From: Gemmatimonas sp. | Lineage (GTDB): Bacteria; Gemmatimonadota; Gemmatimonadetes; Gemmatimonadales; Gemmatimonadaceae | Length of the DNA: 22,633 bases | Direction of reading: 5' to 3' | Assembly: GCA_031414535.1 (NCBI GenBank) | Contig: JANNVQ010000012.1 | Coordinates: 1-22,633, forward strand | Part shown: positions 17,768 through 22,633 of the stretch, in pieces | Layout of the letters: every line of letters starts with the position of its first letter | Numbering within the stretch: position 1 is the first letter of the stretch | The notes under the pieces: generated by a model | Seen by the model: the letters and a program-made list of their open reading frames with translations, nothing else | The model's database searches: none | Told to the model about the DNA's origin: nothing | Position numbers and translations under genes: made by a program

Positions 17768-17858
17768 AGGCCAAGATTCACGGCTATCGCTTGCCAGAGA
17801 CGCGAGCAACGCACAGCTTCCTTGCGTCCAGCACGTCACTTCCGCCGAGATCAGAACC

Positions 17859-20564
17859 CTGTCGTCGAAGACCTGTGCCAACTGCGGCACCCCGCTCGAT
17901 CCGGAGGCGATGTTTTGCCACCGGTGCGGGTTGAACCTCACGCAGGAATTTCGCGCCACGCCGCTCAGTAACGTGGCCCAGGAGCAGGTGTCGGAGACCT
18001 TCCGCCGGCTCCGCGAAGCGTTGGGTGCCCGCTACGGCATCGAGCGCGAGTTGGGCCGCGGCGGCATGGCGACGGTCTTCCTTGCCAAGGACCTGAAACA
18101 CGATCGCGAAGTCGCCATCAAGGTGCTGCATCCTGATCTCGCCGCGACGATTGGCGGCGAGCGTTTTGAGCGCGAAATCAAGCTCGCGGCCAAGCTACAG
18201 CACCCGCACATCCTCGGGATGTACGACTCCGGCGATGCCGATGGCCTGCTCTACTATGTGATGCCATTCGTGCGTGGCGAGTCGCTGCGCGATCGCATTG
18301 ATCGCGAGAAGATGCTGCCGGTGGACGATGCCATCCGCATCACGCTCGAGGTCGCCAGCGCACTGGGGCACGCGCACGAACTGGGCATCATCCATCGAGA
18401 CATCAAGCCGGAGAATATCCTCCTCTCGGGCGATCATTCGCTCGTCGCTGACTTCGGCATCGCGCGCGCTGCTAGCGAAGCGGGCCAACAGAAGCTCACG
18501 CAGACGGGCATGGCGGTGGGCACGCCGGTGTACATGGCGCCCGAGCAATCCACCGGCGACACCGTGGGGCCGCAGTCCGACATCTACTCGTTGGGCTGCA
18601 TGCTCTACGAGATGCTGTCCGGCGAGCCGCCGTTCAATGGGCCCAATGCCATGGCCATCATGGCCCGGCATCTTATGGAGCAGCCGCCCAGCGTGCGCGT
18701 GGTGCGCAACACGGTGCCGGAGGAAGTTGAGCAGGCGATTTTCATCGCGCTCAACAAGAGCCCGGTGGACCGTCCGCAGACGGCGCAGCAGTTCGCCGAA
18801 TTGCTGAGCGGCGTGTTTGGCAACACCACCACCATGCGCGTGATGCGTGGCACGCGTTCGATGCGCGCGCCGATGCCGATGACGGGGGCCTATCCAGTTC
18901 CCGAGTTCGAGCCGGCGCTTCCGTGGTACAAGAAGCCGGGCGGAATCGCTGCGGCGGTTGGCGTCGCGATCGCGGCAGCCGCTTCCGTCTGGGCCTTTAC
19001 CGTTGGGCCGCTCGGTGGGGACAAGCGTCCCGAGGGCATGACCGCCGAGATGCGTCGCGTGGCCGTGCTGCACTTCACGGACGGCAGCCGCGATTCGTCG
19101 CTCGGGCCGATTGCCGACGGTTTGACGGACGGCCTCATTCGCACGTTGTCCACGAGCCCCTCGCTGACGGTGATTTCGCGCGGCGGTATTGAGCCATACC
19201 GTGGCAGCGTTCTGAGCGTGGATAGCATTGCGCGCGCGTTGCGTGTGGGGGTGTTGGTGCGCGGCGAGGTGGAGCTCGTCGGCGATCGCGTACGTGTGGC
19301 GGTGCGCCTGGACGACGCGAGCGGCGTGAATCTCAAGAGGGGAACCTTTGAGGTGGCCCGCGATAGCCTGCTCCTCTTGCAGGACTCGCTCGGCAGCATT
19401 GCGGCGAGCCTCATCAAGGAACAGCTCGGCCAAGAGTTGCGCGTGCGTGCGCAGCGCGCGGCCACGCGCAACAACGATGCCTGGATCTTGACGCAGCGCG
19501 GTTTGCAGCAGCAGCGAAATGCGGAAGCAGCGCGTGCGCGGGGCGACACCGACGGCTCCGTGGCAGCATTCGAGGCGGCGGATTCCATCTTTGCGGCGGC
19601 GGAGGCGCTCGACCGCGGATGGGCGGAGCCGGTGACGTTGCGCGCAGCATTGGCGTACCGTCGTTCGCGGCTTGTGGGGCGCGACCCGGCGCTCATCAAA
19701 CCGTGGATCGTGACCGGACTCGGCCACGCTGAACGTGCGCTGGCGTTGGACCCGAGGTCGTCTGACGCGCTCGAGATGCGCGGCACGATGAGATTCTTCA
19801 GCTACATCCAGAATCTCGAGCCGGACGACGCCAAGAAGGCGGCCCTCCTCACCGAGGCGCAGGCGGATTTGGTGGAGGCGACGAACATCAACCGCGTGCA
19901 AGCAACGGCTTGGGCCACGCTGGCGGCCGTGAACGCCGTCGACCCCAGCAAGACGGCCAACGATGTGTACATCGCGGCGAAGAGCGCTTGGGATTCGGAC
20001 GAGTTCCTCTCCAACGCCAATGTGATCTTAGGTCGCCTGTTCAACGCCACCTACGACCAGGGCAATGGCGCCAGCGCCCAGCGCTGGTGCACAGAGCTCG
20101 GCGCCCGCTTCCGCAACGATGCTCGCGCCTGGCGCTGCCAGCTTTACCTGATGACGCTGCCCAACACCGTCGAACCAAACGTCAGTCTCGCCTGGCAGTT
20201 GGCGGACTCGGCGATTGTCCGCACCCCGCCTTCGGATACGGCACTTGCTCGGCTCACCAACCAGAACATCATCGGTGCGGTGATTGCCCGGGCCGCCGCC
20301 CAGACCCCTGCCCTCGCCGACAGCGCACGAAGAGTGGTCCAGCGGGCGCAGGGTGACGGCACGATTGACCAGCCCCGAGAGCTGGCCATGTACGGCGCCG
20401 CCGCCATGACGATTCTTGGCGACGGGGACGCGGCCATTAGATACCTGTCCGGCTATTTGGCGGCCAGCCCACAGGCCGCGCCGGGGCTTCTCGCCGATCC
20501 GGGCTGGTGGTTCCGGCCGCTGGCGAGCCGCGCAGACTGGCAGCGTCTGGTGTCCCCCCGCTGA
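17859..20564 (+). CDS. Hanks-type Ser/Thr protein kinase: zinc ribbon - kinase - TM - TolB-N-like domain - TPR-like helical region
   Basis: ELGRGGMATV, VAIK, HRDIKPEN, DFG, GTPVYMAPE, DIYSLG. TM segment GIAAAVGVAIAAAASVWAFTV, then RRVAVLHF...IADGLTDGLIRTLS..LTVISR. The start is placed at the in-frame CTG 17859 to complete CANC...CHRC; the first ATG is at 17910, so the start is uncertain. Confidence 0.9.
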   Translation: MSSKTCANCGTPLDPEAMFCHRCGLNLTQEFRATPLSNVAQEQVSETFRRLREALGARYGIERELGRGGMATVFLAKDLKHDREVAIKVLHPDLAATIGGERFEREIKLAAKLQHPHILGMYDSGDADGLLYYVMPFVRGESLRDRIDREKMLPVDDAIRITLEVASALGHAHELGIIHRDIKPENILLSGDHSLVADFGIARAASEAGQQKLTQTGMAVGTPVYMAPEQSTGDTVGPQSDIYSLGCMLYEMLSGEPPFNGPNAMAIMARHLMEQPPSVRVVRNTVPEEVEQAIFIALNKSPVDRPQTAQQFAELLSGVFGNTTTMRVMRGTRSMRAPMPMTGAYPVPEFEPALPWYKKPGGIAAAVGVAIAAAASVWAFTVGPLGGDKRPEGMTAEMRRVAVLHFTDGSRDSSLGPIADGLTDGLIRTLSTSPSLTVISRGGIEPYRGSVLSVDSIARALRVGVLVRGEVELVGDRVRVAVRLDDASGVNLKRGTFEVARDSLLLLQDSLGSIAASLIKEQLGQELRVRAQRAATRNNDAWILTQRGLQQQRNAEAARARGDTDGSVAAFEAADSIFAAAEALDRGWAEPVTLRAALAYRRSRLVGRDPALIKPWIVTGLGHAERALALDPRSSDALEMRGTMRFFSYIQNLEPDDAKKAALLTEAQADLVEATNINRVQATAWATLAAVNAVDPSKTANDVYIAAKSAWDSDEFLSNANVILGRLFNATYDQGNGASAQRWCTELGARFRNDARAWRCQLYLMTLPNTVEPNVSLAWQLADSAIVRTPPSDTALARLTNQNIIGAVIARAAAQTPALADSARRVVQRAQGDGTIDQPRELAMYGAAAMTILGDGDAAIRYLSGYLAASPQAAPGLLADPGWWFRPLASRADWQRLVSPR

Positions 20565-20688
20565 AGTAGTCTAGCTCCCGCCGACCCCTGGCCTAGGCCG
20601 GGGCTGTGGGCCCAGGGCGTGGCGTCTACGCCACGCTTGCGCATCCGTTTTCGGGCCTGCACCTTGACAATGGCCAGTATTTAGCCGG

Positions 20689-20716
20689 TTGACGCAACCC
20701 ACATCACATTTAAATA
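20689..20716 (+). promoter_or_regulatory. Candidate sigma70-type promoter for the lipoprotein gene
   Basis: TTGACG (20689-94), 16 nt, TAAATA (20711-16) in an AT-richer intergenic patch. A second TTGACA lies at 20664-69. Confidence 0.35.
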
Positions 20717-20773
20717 GGTGGTGTGTTTCTTGCACCGTTTTGTGCCAAAGTGTCTATGCCTTGGAGGGCTGCT

Positions 20774-22471
20774 GTGCGTTTCCCGATGAAAACCCTGGCT
20801 GTTGCCGCTGTGGCGCTTGTGTTTACGGCCTGCGCGGATACCCCGTCGGCCCCCGAGCTCTCTGGGGTTATCGCCAACGCGACCGCCGGCTGCACCGCGA
20901 CCATCTCGAGCCTCACCGCACAGGCGCGTGTGCTGTTCGCCGGTGATGCCCCAAGCATCAACTCGGTGCGTGGCAAGCTCAACAACATGGATCAGTTCCT
21001 GCGCAAGGGGAAAACGGCCGACGGCCAGCGCCGTGCGCACGACATCGTGGACTTCACGCTGGCGCAGCGCGCCGCGGGCAAGCTTGCTGGTACGGATGCG
21101 CAGGTGACGGCCTTCATCAATGCCGTCTACTGCTACGCCGGCATCGATATCGTCATCCCGAACCCCGAAGACACGTATTTCATCCTCCCGTCAGACCAGC
21201 CGCAGATTCTGTACGGTCTCGATAGCTCGGCGGCCGTCTCCTTGCCGGGCTTCCCGGTGGGCGAGCCTAGCCTTCTGCGCATCGAGCGCTTTGAAGGCCG
21301 GCTCAACACCAAGCTCGACCAGTACGCCGGGTTCATCCGCATCACGCTCCTGAACGATGGCAACACTATGCTCACCGGCCGCGCGACCATCACGGTCTGC
21401 GCGACCGGTCTGCCGGCTGACCTCAATCCGGCCAACCTGCGCCTCGGCCATGGTATTCGGGACACGGGCTTCGTTATCACGCCGCAGCCGACCTCGGCGG
21501 ATCCGGTGCCGGGGAACGTGGCTTGCGGGCCTGTGGCACCGGCGAGCTTCTCGAGCCGCCTGATCGGCGCGGTTCGCCGCGTGTTCTCGCCCAAGGAACT
21601 GCAGGCCACCATGCAGGGCGCGGACGACGCGTTCGGCGGTGGCGTGAGTGGAACCGTCACTGAATTCAGCCCCTTTGCTCCGGTGGACGCGGAACTCAGC
21701 TTCGGCGGTGGCGTGAGCGGCACGGTGACGGAGTTCGTACGCGACGGTGCGCCGGCGCTTATGCACTCGGTAGAGTCGCTGACGTCTGACTGTAGCGAGT
21801 TGGTGGAAGGCAGCCCGCTCGTGGCGGCTTGCCAGCCCGTGGTAACCATCACCACCAAGAAGGGCACCATCCTTGAGCAGGTGCCGGTGGACTGGTTTGC
21901 TCGCTCGATTCCTGGAGCAACTGTGGCTCCGCGCACTGGGAACTTGGCTGCCATCAACTGCGGCGTCTTCGGTGTCAGCGCTAACACGGTTACAAGCGTG
22001 AACGGCAACGCCGGCGTCTGCTGGAACCTTGGCGGCATCGGCAACAACCGCGTCGTTGCCAAGGCGCGCTTCGGTGGCGATGCGCCGGCAGGCGTCCGCT
22101 TCAGCACCGGAAGCGCCGACTCCGTGATGTTTGACGTGAACATCGTCGAATCCACGACCCTGGCGGGCAAGTCCACGCAGCTGATCATCGTATCGGGTGA
22201 CGGGCAGTCGGCACCAGCAGGCAGCCCAGTGGCCAATCCGCTGGTTGTTCGCGTGCTGGACACCTTCAACAACCCGGTGGCGTACACCACCGTGCGCTGG
22301 CAGATGGTCACCGGCACCGGCATCCTCGGCTCGGCGACGGCCGTCACGGATGCCAACGGCATCGCGCGAATGGGCTACACGCCAGGAGCTGGGGCAAGCC
22401 AGGTGAAGGCCTATATCGACTCGTACGCCTTCAAGTTCGTATACCTCTACTTCACGGGCACGACGCCCTAA
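20774..22471 (+). CDS. Putative lipoprotein with ZU5-like middle region and C-terminal bacterial Ig-like (Big_1-type) domain(s)
   Basis: GGAGG 6 nt before GTG 20774 (alternative ATG 20786); lipobox-like VFTA-C. C-terminal IVSGDGQSAPAGSPVANPLVVRVLDTFNNPV...VRW...TDANGIA is typical of Big_1. Confidence 0.8.
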   Translation: MRFPMKTLAVAAVALVFTACADTPSAPELSGVIANATAGCTATISSLTAQARVLFAGDAPSINSVRGKLNNMDQFLRKGKTADGQRRAHDIVDFTLAQRAAGKLAGTDAQVTAFINAVYCYAGIDIVIPNPEDTYFILPSDQPQILYGLDSSAAVSLPGFPVGEPSLLRIERFEGRLNTKLDQYAGFIRITLLNDGNTMLTGRATITVCATGLPADLNPANLRLGHGIRDTGFVITPQPTSADPVPGNVACGPVAPASFSSRLIGAVRRVFSPKELQATMQGADDAFGGGVSGTVTEFSPFAPVDAELSFGGGVSGTVTEFVRDGAPALMHSVESLTSDCSELVEGSPLVAACQPVVTITTKKGTILEQVPVDWFARSIPGATVAPRTGNLAAINCGVFGVSANTVTSVNGNAGVCWNLGGIGNNRVVAKARFGGDAPAGVRFSTGSADSVMFDVNIVESTTLAGKSTQLIIVSGDGQSAPAGSPVANPLVVRVLDTFNNPVAYTTVRWQMVTGTGILGSATAVTDANGIARMGYTPGAGASQVKAYIDSYAFKFVYLYFTGTTP

Positions 22472-22477
22472 TCCGCT

Positions 22478-22493
22478 AACTGCTTTACCACGA

Positions 22494-22495
<2 letters not shown>
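22478..22495. repeat. Half copy (left terminus) of the octamer-armed repeat, interrupted by IS110
   Basis: AACTGCTTTACCACGAAG versus AACGACTTCACCACGAAG (17630-47). It starts a few nt after a stop codon, as copy 2 does. Confidence 0.7.

Positions 22496-22633
<138 letters not shown>

Noticed and set aside
18195..19901. 568-aa and 298-aa minus-strand ORFs
   Set aside because: Antisense shadows of the kinase.
20586..20603. Short palindrome CCCTGGCCTAGGCCGGGG after the kinase
   Set aside because: No U-tract, and easily a chance event at this GC content.
21133..22362. 409-aa minus-strand ORF
   Set aside because: Antisense shadow of the lipoprotein gene.

Overview
GC-rich bacterial window; the protein style suggests Gemmatimonadota (inference only). 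It encodes ten complete CDSs: a carboxypeptidase-regulatory-domain protein, a fused MFS/spermidine-synthase-like protein, an M16 zinc protease, a TonB-dependent receptor, an S9 peptidase, an N-acyl-D-amino-acid deacylase, a PepSY-TM/serine-hydrolase fusion, an M20 amidohydrolase, a Hanks Ser/Thr kinase and an Ig-like lipoprotein. The 3' end of an IS110-family transposase lies at the right edge. The most interesting signals are outside the ORF track. (i) The IS110 right end reads TTGAC...ACAGCCT-CT, similar to IS621, and is joined at a CT core to a half copy of a ~135-bp octamer-armed hairpin repeat that occurs uninterrupted at two other sites in the window. (ii) A ~175-nt multibranched, self-terminated, plus-strand RNA-like element of unrecognised family sits at 12069-12288. 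(iii) A second, heptamer-based repeat family occurs three times, once inside a CDS. (iv) The kinase has a zinc ribbon that begins upstream of its first ATG, implying a non-canonical (probably CTG) start.
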